From positions 58,416,464-58,480,463 of the forward strand of contig NC_043011.1 of the NCBI RefSeq assembly GCF_006345805.1: a DNA stretch of 64,000 bases, in the 5' to 3' direction. The notes under the pieces are model-generated. The model worked only from the letters and a program-made list of their open reading frames with translations, did not search any database and had not been told where the DNA came from. Positions 13,510 to 27,050 of this stretch are shown here, piece by piece. The translations under genes and the position numbers were made by a program. This DNA comes from Octopus sinensis (lineage: Eukaryota). Each line of letters starts with the position of its first letter. The stretch's first letter is position 1.

Positions 13510-13982
13510 TTTATATATATATGTGGGTTTCATCGGAATTGGCGTGTTTTAATGAAATCAATTCACTTCTTAATTTCATTTTGTAAATATGTAAATTGTC
13601 CCTAACGAGCATTTTATTAAAACTAATTAAATCGTAGGCAGGTAATGGATCTAATGATGCTGTTTGTCCCTAGAATTGATGCAAGCTGCTGAAATGTGTG
13701 AGATATTTATTTGCAAATGCCATCTAACTATGTCGAAAGAGAGATCACTATAATGTTAAGAAGCTCCCTCGGCCAACGCATGTCTAGGCTTTCGGTGAAA
13801 CTACGCGGCACTTTGGGAAAAACGTGCTATTCCCCCAAACCCTTGTAATCTCCACTGTAGCGAAGGGTTGTTACAATGCAAAACCTTAAAATGGTAAACA
13901 ACTGAATGCTATGTTTTGTATACATAGCTTCTGTTTTATGTTATTCAATGAAATAATTGTAGGTCTATAATAAGTGTAAAAA

Positions 13983-14058
13983 TAGGTGTGGCTGTGTGGG
14001 AAGAAGATTGCTTCCCAACCGCATGGGTCTGGGTTCTGTCCTACTGCATGGCACCTTG
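13983..14058 (+). mobile_element. SINE family A head, interrupted by an RTE fragment
   Basis: GTGGCTGTGTGGGAAGAAG..CCCAACCGCATGG..GGCACCTTG. Confidence 0.7.
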
Positions 14059-14200
14059 ACTGTAATTTGACGGCATTCACCCGGGGTGGGTTGAGCTGGC
14101 TTCATTCATCCTCAATGCTGCATCACTCACAAACGCCGACCAGGCCTGGCGATTTGAAGCTAACGACCGCGTGATCTCCAACCAATCCTTATTCCAGCAG
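14057..14200 (-). mobile_element. 3' end of an RTE-clade LINE
   Basis: Minus translation WNKDWLEITRSLASNRQAWSAFVSDAALRMNEASSTHPG*, RTE-type A.xR..W C-terminus; same STxPG* ending as at about 35220. Confidence 0.7.
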
Positions 14201-15099
14201 CGTTTCATTTGTGAAGGTGGTTAGTTGGTGATTTTTGGTATGTTCTGTATATTTGGGTTAGTTATGTATTATTCTAGTGTGTATAATTGTATACATATGA
14301 TTGGTGTGAGTGGGATTACACCCATTTTTGGGGATGTATGTGTTTATTTGTCCGTATGGGGCGGGAGAAATTGTGAATGAATGGGTGGAGTTGGGAATTG
14401 TAACCGGGTGGTGGACTAGCGTTGCTTGGAATTGTGAATGGAATAGTGTAGTAGTAAGGCAGGCATCGAGAATAGATTTGGGTTACTGCAAGTTGTTTGT
14501 TAGAGCTGCTAAGATGAGCTAAAGCTCATAAATGTATATAATAATTTATCATGGTAGTTTTTTAAAGAATCCATTCATAATAATCTTTTTTTTTTTTAAG
14601 TAGTGTTGGTTTGCCACGTGGATATAGTTTTTAGTTCCATTTATTCTATTTCTCCATTCATAATTTTAAATGACGTTTACTTTCCATGGCGCGTATTCTT
14701 TTTTTACATAAGTTATATTTCTATGGTAACGTAATTTTGGTTTGATTTTTTTAACGGCTAAGAATTTAATTTCACTTCATAATTTGAAACTGACTTGTAA
14801 GTATGTATTTTATTTCTCCTTATGTCATATTGTTATTTTTGATATTCTGGTTAATTACGATGTATTTAATGTTGTTTTTCATAGGAGTGTTTATGTATAT
14901 GAGATTGTGTGTGAGTTTTTAGTTGTATAATTTATTTATCTGTATGAGTGTGGGTGTGTAAATATTGTTGTATATATCGAGTTTAGTGAGTATGTATATG
15001 CGTATATGTGAGGGAGTATATGTATCTGTTGTGTGTGTGTGTTTTGCGTGTGTGTGTGTTTGTGTGTGAATGTGTATATGGGTTTGTTATTTAGGTAAA

Positions 15100-15210
15100 C
15101 AATGAACGGTAAACTTGATCTCGGCAGCATTTGAACTCGGAACGTAAAGAGCCAAGAGAAATGTCCCCAAGCACTTTGTCCAGAATGCTAACGATTCTGC
15201 CAGCTTGCTA
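15100..15210 (-). mobile_element. SINE family B fragment inserted in the skewed element
   Basis: CTCGGCAGCATTTGAACTC...GCTAACGATTCTGCCAGCT. Confidence 0.75.
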
Positions 15211-16761
15211 CTCTGCTAAAGTTGTAAATTTGTCTGTGTGGGGAGGGAGTGGGTTTTTGGTGTATATTGAGGTTTATAAGTTGTATAGGTATGTGTATAA
15301 GTCGTGGGTCTGTGGTTTACGTGTGTGTATTTGTGTGTTGAATGTTTAGGTTAGGGGGATTGCTATATAGGTTTGTTATAGAGTTTAGCAAAGGGAGATT
15401 TTATCGTTATATGTTTTTAAGAGTTTTGGTTTATCATGGTTTTTTTAGGGAATTCGTGGTAATTTGTCTATTTTCGATGTTGGTTGTTTTATTACATTGT
15501 TTAATTCATAATTTTTGAGTGGTGTTCGTTTTGCCACGTGAATATTATTTTTAATTCCATTTATTCCATTTCTCCATTCATTATTTTAAAAGATGTTCGT
15601 TTCCAGAGCGGTTATACTTTTTATACATATGTTAAGTTCCTTGGTAAAGTAATTTTGTTTGGTGTATATGTTTAGGCTTATATGTACTTGTGGGTGTGTG
15701 TGAGTGGGGTGGGTGTTTGTATTTGTTATGGGTGTGTGGTTTACGTGTGTGTATTTGTGTGTGAATGTATAGGTTAAAGGGATTGCTATATAAGTATGTT
15801 ATAGTGTTTAGTAAAGGGAGGTTTTATCATTTATGTTTTGTGAGTTTTAGCTTATCATGGTAGTTTTATAAAAGAATCCATTCATAATTTTTGTGTTTAT
15901 TTGTCTGTGTGGGGTTGAGTGGGTTTTTGGAGTATATGTTGAGGTTTATATGTATGTATAGGTATGTGTAAGTGGTGTGGGTATTGTATATGTCGTGGGT
16001 GTGGGGTTTACGTGGTGTATTTGTGTTTGAATGTTTAGGTTAGGGGGATTGCTATATAGGTATGTTATAGAGTTTAGTAAAGGGAGATTTTATCATTATA
16101 TGTTTTTTATGAGTTTTGGTTTATCATGGTAGGTTTGTTAAGGAATTCGTAGTAATTTGTGTCTATTTGCGATTCTGTTTTTTTTATTGCATTGTTTCAT
16201 TCATAATTTTTAAGTAGTGTTCGTTTTACCAAGTGAATATAATTTTTAATTCCATTTATTCCATTCTCCGTTCATAATTTAAGTGATGTCAGTTTTCTAG
16301 AGCGTGAATGTGGGTTGTATGTGTGTGTGTGGGAGTATGAATAAGTATTGTGTTGAAGTATTTAGCTATTTTATTTATTTATAGTTGCCTAGACGTTTTT
16401 ATGTGTATGTATAGGGTTATATATATAGGTGTGTGATTTAGTGTATGTAGTTAGATATGGTTATATATAATTAGGTATATGTGTATGGGTGTATATATAG
16501 TTTATTATTATATTATTATTATTTTTTTGTTTTGTTTTATATTTTATATTTTTTATTTTATATTTTATATTTTATATTTTATGTTTTATATTTAATTGTT
16601 GATAGGTTTATTTTAGTTTATATATTGTTTATATATTGATTATATATGGATTATATATAGGTTATATATGGATTATATATTTATATTTTTTCATTCATAC
16701 TTTAATTATTTTAAAATTATTATTTTTATATTTTAAAATATTGATATTTTAGATTGGAAGT

Positions 16762-16804
16762 CCACCTGAAGATTGTCGATCAAGACAAGAAACAATTGTA
16801 GTGG
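16762..16804 (+). ncRNA. Minimal type I hammerhead ribozyme
   Basis: CCAC-CTGAAGA-TTGTC-gatcaa-GACAA-GAAA-C-aatt-G-TA-GTGG: stem I CCAC/GTGG, intact core CUGANGA and GAAA, stem II TTGTC/GACAA, palindromic stem III CAATTG, GUA cleavage triplet ending at 16800. Confidence 0.85.
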
Positions 16805-16888
16805 CGGTTTTTTTGACTATTTATTAAAATGTTATGTATTGATTAAGTCTTTCCTTGTTTGTTTTGCAAAATAGTGGTTTTGTCTCTA

Positions 16889-17010
<122 letters not shown>

Positions 17011-17173
17011 TGACGGGTTTCTTCAGTGTTCGTCGATGAAATACGTTCAAAAGGCTTTGGTCGACCCGGTGCTATAGTAGAAGAGGCTTCCCTAAGATGT
17101 CACACAATGGGCTTGAACTGGGAACCATGTGGTTGGAAAGCAAGCTCCTTCCCACATAGCCATGCGTGCACCT
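17011..17173 (-). mobile_element. SINE family A, 5' half
   Basis: Reverse complement aligns to 61150-61315. Confidence 0.8.
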
Positions 17174-17186
17174 ACAAGTGAGACGT

Positions 17187-17280
17187 GTCACAGCTCCTAG
17201 GTTTCCCAGGAAGTCACCCTTCTAGCTACTAACTAGCCTCGACGGATGAGAATTTGAGCGTTCCTCGTGATATTGCCGTA
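17187..17280 (-). pseudogene. 5S rRNA pseudogene with internal deletion
   Basis: Minus strand TACGGCAATATCACG..TTCTCATCCG|TCGAGGCTAGTTAGTAGCTAGAAGGGTGACTTCCTGGGAAACCTAGGAGCTGT resembles metazoan 5S (TACGGCCATACCAC...GTTAGTACTTGGATGGGTGACCGCCTGGGAATACC); box A region missing. Confidence 0.75.
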
Positions 17281-17814
17281 ATGAGTGACAAGCGTACGTC
17301 ATTCATCACCCTAACATTGTCAGCAATAACAATGGCAACATAATAAGTCTACAAATACCTTTCGAAACCCATTCTATCACGATAGCCTTTTAATTAGATA
17401 TAGATAAAAACGGCAATGTTTCAGTCCAATTTGGCTAAATTTAGTGAAGAGTGTAATTCAAACAAGACTCAACAGATGCCAATCTAAATGGAAACGATGA
17501 AGCATGACAATGATAGAGAATAGATTTATCATCTCAATAATATATATCTGAACAAACTAGAAGCCAATGATATTTATATAGGGATTTTTCAAGAAGAAAA
17601 CACATATACAAAATAAACCGACCTCGGTTTTTACTGATTATTACAGTAAAAATATTCAGAGACTCTATTGTCATCAGCACACAATTGATTCTATTTGTTC
17701 CGTCCTCAAACATAAACACAGATTTCAGCAAAACTGAATACAGGCCAAAGATAAAGACAAAAAAATAACAATAAATATATATAACAATATATGTATATAT
17801 ATATATAATATATA

Positions 17815-17862
<48 letters not shown>

Positions 17863-18058
17863 TATATATATTTATATTTAATATATATATATTATATATA
17901 TATATGATATAATATGTGTGTTTTTCGTATGTCATTGTATTTGTGATTTTTCAGCCAGCATTCATATGGAAATCAAACAGATCTTCAATGGCCGAGTTGG
18001 CAAACATAAATATTTGCTTATCAATATTAAGTATAATTAGATATATACATACACACAA

Positions 18059-18095
<37 letters not shown>

Positions 18096-18436
18096 GTATA
18101 TATATATATATATAGACAGGTAACACACATGTACATATATCTATACATATATACATGTACACATATAGGAACGCACATACACACATATGAATACATACAT
18201 ATATAAATATTTATGTATGTATATATATATATATAAACTCATATACATATACGTATATATGTATATATATGTATATACATATATCAATGTTTCTACGCAT
18301 GTATTTAAAGACACACACAAATATATACGTAATATATGTATGCATATAAATATGTATATCTAAATATACATGCACATATATATACATCCTTCCATATATA
18401 TATCCATACATACATATATACACATGTATATATATA

Positions 18437-18479
<43 letters not shown>

Positions 18480-18492
18480 CATGAATACATTC

Positions 18493-18745
18493 AAACTGAA
18501 AGACGCCCTGCGTATATATATATATATGTGTGTTTGTTTGTGTCTGTGTTTGTCCTACCGCAATCGCTTGACAACCGATGCTGGTGTGTTTACGTCCCCG
18601 TAAATTAGCGGTTCGTCAAAAGACCCCGATAGTATAAGTACTAGGCTTACAAAAATTAAGCCAAAGGGGTGATTTTTTCGACTAAAGGCGGTGCTCCAGC
18701 ATGGCCGCAGTCAAATGACTGAAACAAATAAAATAATAAAAGAGA
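18493..18745 (+). mobile_element. SINE family A, 3' two-thirds
   Basis: AAACTGAAAGA...ACAACCGATGCTGGTGTG...GGCGGTGCTCCAGCATGGCCGCAGTCAAATGACTGAAACAA. Confidence 0.85.
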
Positions 18746-19039
18746 AATGAATGTAAATATATATATATATATATATAAAGCGAGAAGTTGAAGTTATAAG
18801 ATAAAATGGTGTCATTGAGACCACAAAGGTGTCAGGTAATGCTGAATGAGTGCTATAGACAGACCATAGTTAAGTTCCAGATTCGGTAATATTGCGAATA
18901 AAGGGTTCGACGTTGGCTCTATGTTAGCGTGTGTATATAAGAATGTTTGGCGTAATGAAATTATCCAAGGCTGTATAGATATTAGATATACTCTAATATT
19001 TATACAGCCTTGGATTTTTATCATATTACATAAAAAACT

Positions 19040-19104
<65 letters not shown>

Positions 19105-19515
19105 GAAAGAATGGAGTTGAACGACGAATTAACAAAATTCCTTTATTGTCGACATATGTATCGAAGGCTGCATATTCCTAATTTCGAAGGAATAAGGTGT
19201 GCATTATGCCGATGAGAAGGCGTCATTGTACGAGGGGGATTCAGTTATTAGCCCATTTGTATTAACCTACTTACGAACCAACGTGCAGATGACTGCACTT
19301 ATCAGAAGTCGTGTGTACTTTTAACGAATCTTACAAGAAGAAAGCTGGTTCTAGGAAATGACCTTTGCTTACTGGAAGATATTTCGCTGGAAGACCAGAA
19401 GCGAACTTCCCAACCATTCATGTACTGAACCTACAAAACATCGGTCACCAAACACGGGCTCCCTTACGCAGCACGCTTGCACACATTCAAATCCAATCAT
19501 ATATACGGAAACAAA

Positions 19516-19742
19516 AGGCGCCGAGCTGGCAGACACGTTAGCGCGCCGGGCGAAACGCTTAGCGTTATTTCGTCTGTCGTTTCTGAGTTCAAATTCCGCT
19601 GAGGTCGACTTTGCCTCTCATCTTTTCGGGGTCGATAAATTAAGTACCAGTTGCGTACTGGGGTCGATGTAATCGACTTAATCCGTTTGTCTGTCCTTGG
19701 TTGTCCCCTTTGTGTTTAGTGCCATGTGGGCAGTAAAGAAAC
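19516..19742 (+). mobile_element. SINE family B
   Basis: GGCGCCGAGCTGGCAGA...GAGTTCAAATTCC...GTAAAGAAA. Confidence 0.85.
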
Positions 19743-19793
19743 ATGTATATATACGTAAACATACAAAACTACACACGCATGACTTTACACACT

Positions 19794-19834
<41 letters not shown>

Positions 19835-19906
19835 TTATATATATATATATAATTCAGTTAGAGGATATGTTATACATACATATACACACATGCACATACA
19901 AGCGCA

Positions 19907-19943
<37 letters not shown>

Positions 19944-20431
19944 GACTGAGTGTATGTATCTGCTGAATTTGTTACTCCTCTGTGTTGGAGTGGCGGTAGG
20001 AGTGCATATACATATGTATATACATATGTATATACATACATATATATGTATGTATACATCTATATGTTCCCCTTGATGCAGGCAGACAGACAGAGCAATG
20101 GAAGTTTAGTGAAAATAAACACCGGACACAATTCAGGTTCGTGTATGCATCTATAAATCTATCTTCCTGTCTTTCGGTCTGTTTGCCTGTCTGTTGTTAT
20201 GCCTGTCAGACATACTTCATTAGAATAAGATAAACCAAAGTCATTGGAGGTTTCACACATAGTTAAGTCCAAAGGAAGAAGAATAAAATCCCAATTCTTT
20301 GCACAAATAGCCATGCCGTGTTTGTCTTTAGCGTGTAAAGTTTCTCACATTACATTCTGGGAACGAGTAAATCAACAATCATTAGGTTCGAGAAGCGGAG
20401 ATTACTTGGAGACTTCTAAGAGAGAAATACA

Positions 20432-21112
<681 letters not shown>

Positions 21113-21996
21113 CAAATGGATTATGATCAGTATATAATATATATTTTGTTTAACATGTTTAATACACGTGAACGTAAAGTGAAGCACGATGCGAATTGTA
21201 AAGAAAAGCACGGAAATGAGTTAAAATGGTCGAAAAGTAAATCCAAATAAAATATACTGAATTAAAGGAACTACACTGATGGGTTTTGATTGATAATTTC
21301 TATTTACTGAGCTAGTAAATCAGGAATTGTTTTCACATAGGTGTGGGGAATATTTGTTAAATTATGAGCAGTTATTAAGTGTCCCACCCGTGAAGGATCG
21401 TTGGTAGATGTGTCGAAACAACTGTGGTGATTAGGAAGGCTTTGGTCGGCCTGAGGCTAAGTACGAGTTACGCGCCTAAGCTGCCAGGCAGTGGGACTGA
21501 ACCAGGCTTCATACCACAGGGCCACATCTTAACACATCTGCGAAAATGCGAAAACAGTTGCTGCCTCTAATAACAGAAATAATAATAATAAAATAATGAT
21601 GCTACTACTACTACTACTACTACTTCTCTGAAAATAACAACAAAAACAACAACACTAATAATAATATTAATAATAATAGTTCTTTTTACTGGAAGCACAA
21701 GGCCTCAAATTTGGGTGAAGGGATTCAGTCGAGTTCATCGAACCTAGTGCGTAATTGGTACTTATTTAAACGACCCCGAAAATATGAAAGGCGGATTTTG
21801 AACTCAGAAAGTAGCTGCAGATAATGTTGATGATGATGATGATAATAATAATTAGAAGAATAAGAATAAGAATAAGAATGCTATATAATAATTTTTAAGT
21901 AGGTTACATGTACTTCACACATATTTAATACTTCTGCTTATGTACTATCTCTCTTACACACACACTCATACATTTATATATGTATATATATATATA

Positions 21997-22038
<42 letters not shown>

Positions 22039-22283
22039 CAGTTTTATGTCGATTTCTTCTACTAAAGTTCTTCAAGGCGGAGCGCTACAGGAATAAAAGA
22101 ATATATATAGAAAGAGAATGAGAAGAAATTGCCTTGCGAATTTTATGATGCATAAAAAAAATAAAGTTTTATTTCCTTCGTCCATGAAAAATTCATATAG
22201 GAGTTTCTATTGTTTTTTTAGCATAAATTTACTATCTTATGAAATGTCTTAGCACAATGTTCTCAATATATATAACTATATAT

Positions 22284-22344
<61 letters not shown>

Positions 22345-22358
22345 ATACATATATATAC

Positions 22359-22394
<36 letters not shown>

Positions 22395-22481
22395 ATATAT
22401 ATATACATACATATATATATATATGTATATATATATATAACTATATATATAATATATATATGTATATATTTATATATATAG

Positions 22482-22533
<52 letters not shown>

Positions 22534-23149
22534 GGTGAGGTGTATATCTGCATCGATATTTCTCCTACATTAATATTAGTTTCAAACCATGGTACAAGAC
22601 CAATTTCGAGGAAGGCTACAATATACTTGCCGGTTTCCTTGACGCCACTAAATTCAATAAGTATACATCCGTCCTGCTCCATTACTTCTCTGGACGGTAC
22701 GGAGCCTCCCTCACCTGCCTGCAGTTTCTTTGCAATTTCTCCACAATATGTTCATGTAGTTTCTCACATTATCAAAACTGGAGATAACATGTTTTATTCG
22801 TCGCTTTATTGAATTTTCCTTATAATTGTACTACCTTGACACACATTTTCTTAAAATGCAGCTTTTCATTATTCTTTCATATAAACATGTAAAAGAAAAT
22901 CCACAGTAATGATTCACTAAACCGCGAGGGTAAACTGGAAATCTTATCCAAAACTAATATTTCAATAAATGTGCGCCTACATTACAATCGACACTCGTAT
23001 TAGTATATCAGTAAATAGTCTGCATGTATTCGAAAAATTCTTTTGAAATACCAAATTAAGATTTCATATTAGCATACCTATGTGTGAGTGTGTGTGTGTG
23101 TGTGTGTATGTATGTATAATAATAATGATGATATAATAATAAAAAATAC

Positions 23150-23885
23150 ATACCAAATCAAAATCCGTACAATCACTGAGAAGCTCAGGAATCAAAGCAT
23201 AGACTGAAGGATGTTTAATTGCAGCACAGGACCAGGAATTACCAAATACATGCGATGAAATGAAATACCAGTAACTGCAGATTATGTGGAGGAGGACAAG
23301 AAGCAATATATAATATTGTCTCTGGCTGCCCAGTCCTGGCTAAAAAGGAATATATTCAAAGACACGACAGAGTTGGGACCTATATACACTGGAAGCTATC
23401 CCAACGCTATGATATAACAACACAAAAATAAGTGTTATAAGCACACACCAGAAAAGGTCACAGAAAATGAGAAAGCAGCAATACTCTGGAATATGCCAAT
23501 ACACAAAGACAGAGAAATTAAGACTAATAGGCCGGATATAGTTGTCAGAGATAACCAAGTAAAAATGTTTTGTAATTAATGTATCAATACCATCAGATGA
23601 CAATATTTTTCTAAAAGAAATGGAGAAGCTTTCAAAATACAAAGACCTAGAAATAGAGATAATACGATTGTGGAGTGTCAAATCAGAAGCAAATCCTATC
23701 ATAGTAGGAGCATTAAGTATGATAAAAAATACCAGTACTGACAAGTTTATATAACATACAAAAAATAGCACTTCCAGGTACTGCAATACAGTAACAATAA
23801 GGGTATCATAACAGATCACAGCACATACCATGGCACAGAGAACTGTGCTCGATAGTGCAGTGACAGCATATGATAAAAATAAATG
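23150..23885 (+). mobile_element. R4/Dong-clade RLE non-LTR retrotransposon, 3' fragment (decayed)
   Basis: LRSSGIKA.TEG..IAAQDQ, CRLC, SGCPVLAKKEYI.RHDRV, NRPDIVVRD, KEMEKLSKYKDLEIE (zinc knuckle plus PD..D restriction-like endonuclease). Confidence 0.85.
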
Positions 23886-24278
23886 AAATGCAAACTAAAA
23901 CTAGAAGAGCAACGGAACATGATAAAGATATGGCAAGAAAAGCCCCTTCATGGCAAATACTGGGCTAAACAAAACGCAAACGAAATAGACAGAGAAAAAT
24001 TCCAGCAATGTTTGAAAAGCTCAGGACTCTAAGCAGAGACTGAAGGATTTTTAATTGCAGAACGAAAACCTATGAAGAAAAGAAACATGACAAGTAACTA
24101 CAGAATATGTGGAGATGGACAAGAAATAATAAATCATATTATCTCTGGCTGCCCAGTCCTGGCTAAGAAGGAATATATTCACAGACACGACAGAGTTGGG
24201 ACCTACATACACTGGAAGCTATGCTAACATTATGGAATAACAACAGAAAAAAGATGGTATAAGCACACGCAAAAAAGG

Positions 24279-24280
<2 letters not shown>
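23886..24280 (+). mobile_element. Second, tandem R4/Dong fragment
   Basis: WQEKPLHGKYW...SSGL.AETEGFLIA...RICGDGQEIINHIISGCPVLAKKEYIHRHDRVGTYIHWKLC. Confidence 0.85.
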
Positions 24281-24324
<44 letters not shown>

Positions 24325-24580
24325 GATTATGATTCCAGACTTACAGGAGGAAATTCAATTTATCTTCGATTAGTTATACTTTTATTTTAAGAAATATTGT
24401 TAATTGTTTTTCGATTATTTTTTGTTCTATATTTATTTGATAATTAGCATAAGTTAAGATACGTACATTTATTCTATTAGTATTATTATTTAAGACCTAG
24501 TAAGTGACTATATTTTTGAATATAATGAATTTTAGATCAATTTAATTTTAAATCGAATTGACTTTATTATTATTATTATT

Positions 24581-25409
24581 CTATGTTTGACTTTTGCTTT
24601 ATATTTGTACAAGTTGGCTCCAAGTCTCACCCAGAGACCTCAAGAGACAACAGGGTTGGAAGTTCATGTTGTTGTCATGCCTAGTGTGCCATATATTTGG
24701 GGGGTGGGGGTGTTGTACTAATGAATGTCTAAAAAAAAAATAAAAATTTTTTTTTTTTTAAACCGAAAATTGTTTGTTTTAAACCTTGAGATTACATAGA
24801 AAGTATTTTGCGTAGGATATGAGCAGTTCCCATGAGCACTATCTTTTGAATTTCTGCCATTTTTGGGTTTCCTGGTATCTGAGTTAGGTAGCCATCTGCC
24901 CCTTTTGCTATCATTCCCAGGGCACCTATGACAACAGGCATTGTTTTAGTCTTCAGCTTCCACATTTTGCTGATTTCTATTTCAAGATCTTTATATTTGC
25001 TCAGTTTTTGGTAGGCCTTGACAGATACGTTTATATCGATTGGGACAGTCATATCAATGAGGAGGCATGTTCTTTGTTTGAAGTCTTTCAATATGATGTC
25101 TGGCCCTATTTGCATCTATCTTTCTGTCAGTTTGAATGGCGAAGTTCCAGAGGAGTGAGATGTGGTCATTTTCAAGCACTGGGGGTGGTTTGTGTTCCCA
25201 CCAGTTTTTTTCATGGGGCAAATCCAGGTTTTTACAGATTACCCAGTGAATATATTGTGCAGCTCTATCGTGCCTGTTGAGATATTCTGTAGGCGCTAGA
25301 AGACTGCACTTGGAGACCACATGGTCAATGGTTTCATTTTGTTGCTTGCATACATGACACGTTGGACTGCTTCTGATCTTTAATATGTTGGCCTGGTAGT
25401 TTCTTGTTG

Positions 25410-25410
<1 letters not shown>
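24581..25410 (-). mobile_element. 5'-truncated R4/Dong element with (TAA)n on both sides
   Basis: ORFs 25054-25320 and 24792-25115: EYLNRHDRAAQYIHW...PDIILKD...LIDMTVP...KLSKYKDLEIE...QKIVLMGTAHILRK; TTA repeats at about 24563-24580 and 25411-25465. Confidence 0.9.
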
Positions 25411-25458
<48 letters not shown>

Positions 25459-26199
25459 CTATTATCTATTTGGAAATATAGCCATGAAACGCGCGTAGTC
25501 TTTTTATTAATATTTATTTTTTATGTATTTTATTGATTTTTTAGAATAAGGTTTTTATAGTATATGTTTTCTATATGGTGTGAATAACGTCTTTCACAAT
25601 TGAATTGCTTAATTAGAGATTTTCCTCTGAATTATACATATGAATGCGCGTTTGTGTGTATGCATCATAACAGCTTCAGATATCATAGGCTGTCAACGTA
25701 TCCATTTCTCCAAGATATTAAAAAAATATTTTTATTTTCGATCCCGATGACCTTACGTCTTACTTTGTTGAAAACAAGTATGAAAAACAAATATAATCAA
25801 TATGAATTAAAATATCATACAAATTGAAATTCCAACATTATTTAAATGCATACATGTGTGTGTGTGTGTGTGTGCTTGTGTGTGCGTATGCCTGTGTGTG
25901 TGTGTATTTGTAAGTGCAATTGTACGTCTTTTGAGAAGCTATAAGCAGCCAAAACAGTAAATTTTTTCCCTGTTTCTTATATTTCTCATCTCATTTCTAA
26001 GGTTCCATTTCGCTGGATTCTCAAAACGTAGACAGGAATTTGATCCTAGAAGAATTTTGTTATTTATTCTTATTCAGCAAAATATCCTTTTTAATACAAG
26101 AAGCAGAAACATAGAATTTACTTGACACACATTAATGCTACGAAAGTCCACTGGGGTCAGTCTTCAACATGGCCTCTGTATGCAGCTGCATGCATCTAA

Positions 26200-27050
26200 T
26201 ACGCGATACTCGTTAAAAAGCGTTCGGACACGTTATGACTAACGACTGCTTCATTTCCAATATTTCTATTTCGGGCCTTTTGAGTTGCTCATTAAATAAT
26301 ATCATCAGCTATGTAAGAGTGCCTCCTAATTAGTTTTGAACTCTCTCTACCCTGTGTTTCCCAGTTGTTTATTATTTTGCGGTGCCTGAGCTACATATCG
26401 TATCGTTACTGTTTCGAATGTTTGATGGGATATCGTACACATTGATGTCCACGATGATCATTTTGTTGTTCATAATCTTCCTTTTCATTACATCTACTTC
26501 GCTTGCTGCCGGCGCTGCATTGATTTCTAATTTGTTTTCACGTAGTTCATCGTTAACTCTCTATGGGTTACATTCGAACAATTTATTTTGTTAAAAAATC
26601 GTTGTTTCTTTTCATAACGAAAGATTCCTGGCGTTTTAATGACAATATCTTGTTTCTGTCAGTCTGCTGCTTTCGGCGAATTCTTTTCATATCTTTTTTA
26701 TATTCGTGTAATAGTAATTTTCTTTGATATTTGTTTCTCTTGGAATTTCTCTTTCATTTATGTCTTTTCTTTGTTGATTTCGAAGGACTGAGACATTTTT
26801 CATTTCATTTTCTACGCCTGTCTTAAATCTGTCTTCCACATTCTTTACTTATGTTTAGATGTTGCAACTTTATGACATTCTTCAGGAACAACACATTTTC
26901 CTTTGAGTCTCATGTTGATGCTGCATATATTATTTGGGGACACTGATATCGCCATTACTGATAATCTACGTCAATGATGACCGCCTTCGGTTTTTCATTT
27001 CTCTCAGTATTTCATCTGCGTTATATTTCTAAGAAAACATCGTATTGATT
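26200..27050 (-). mobile_element. Old R4/Dong fragment, pre-RT region
   Basis: Minus translation pieces FRYEKKQRFF, QNKLFECNP, ELRENKLEI parallel the region at 28860-29280. Confidence 0.55.
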
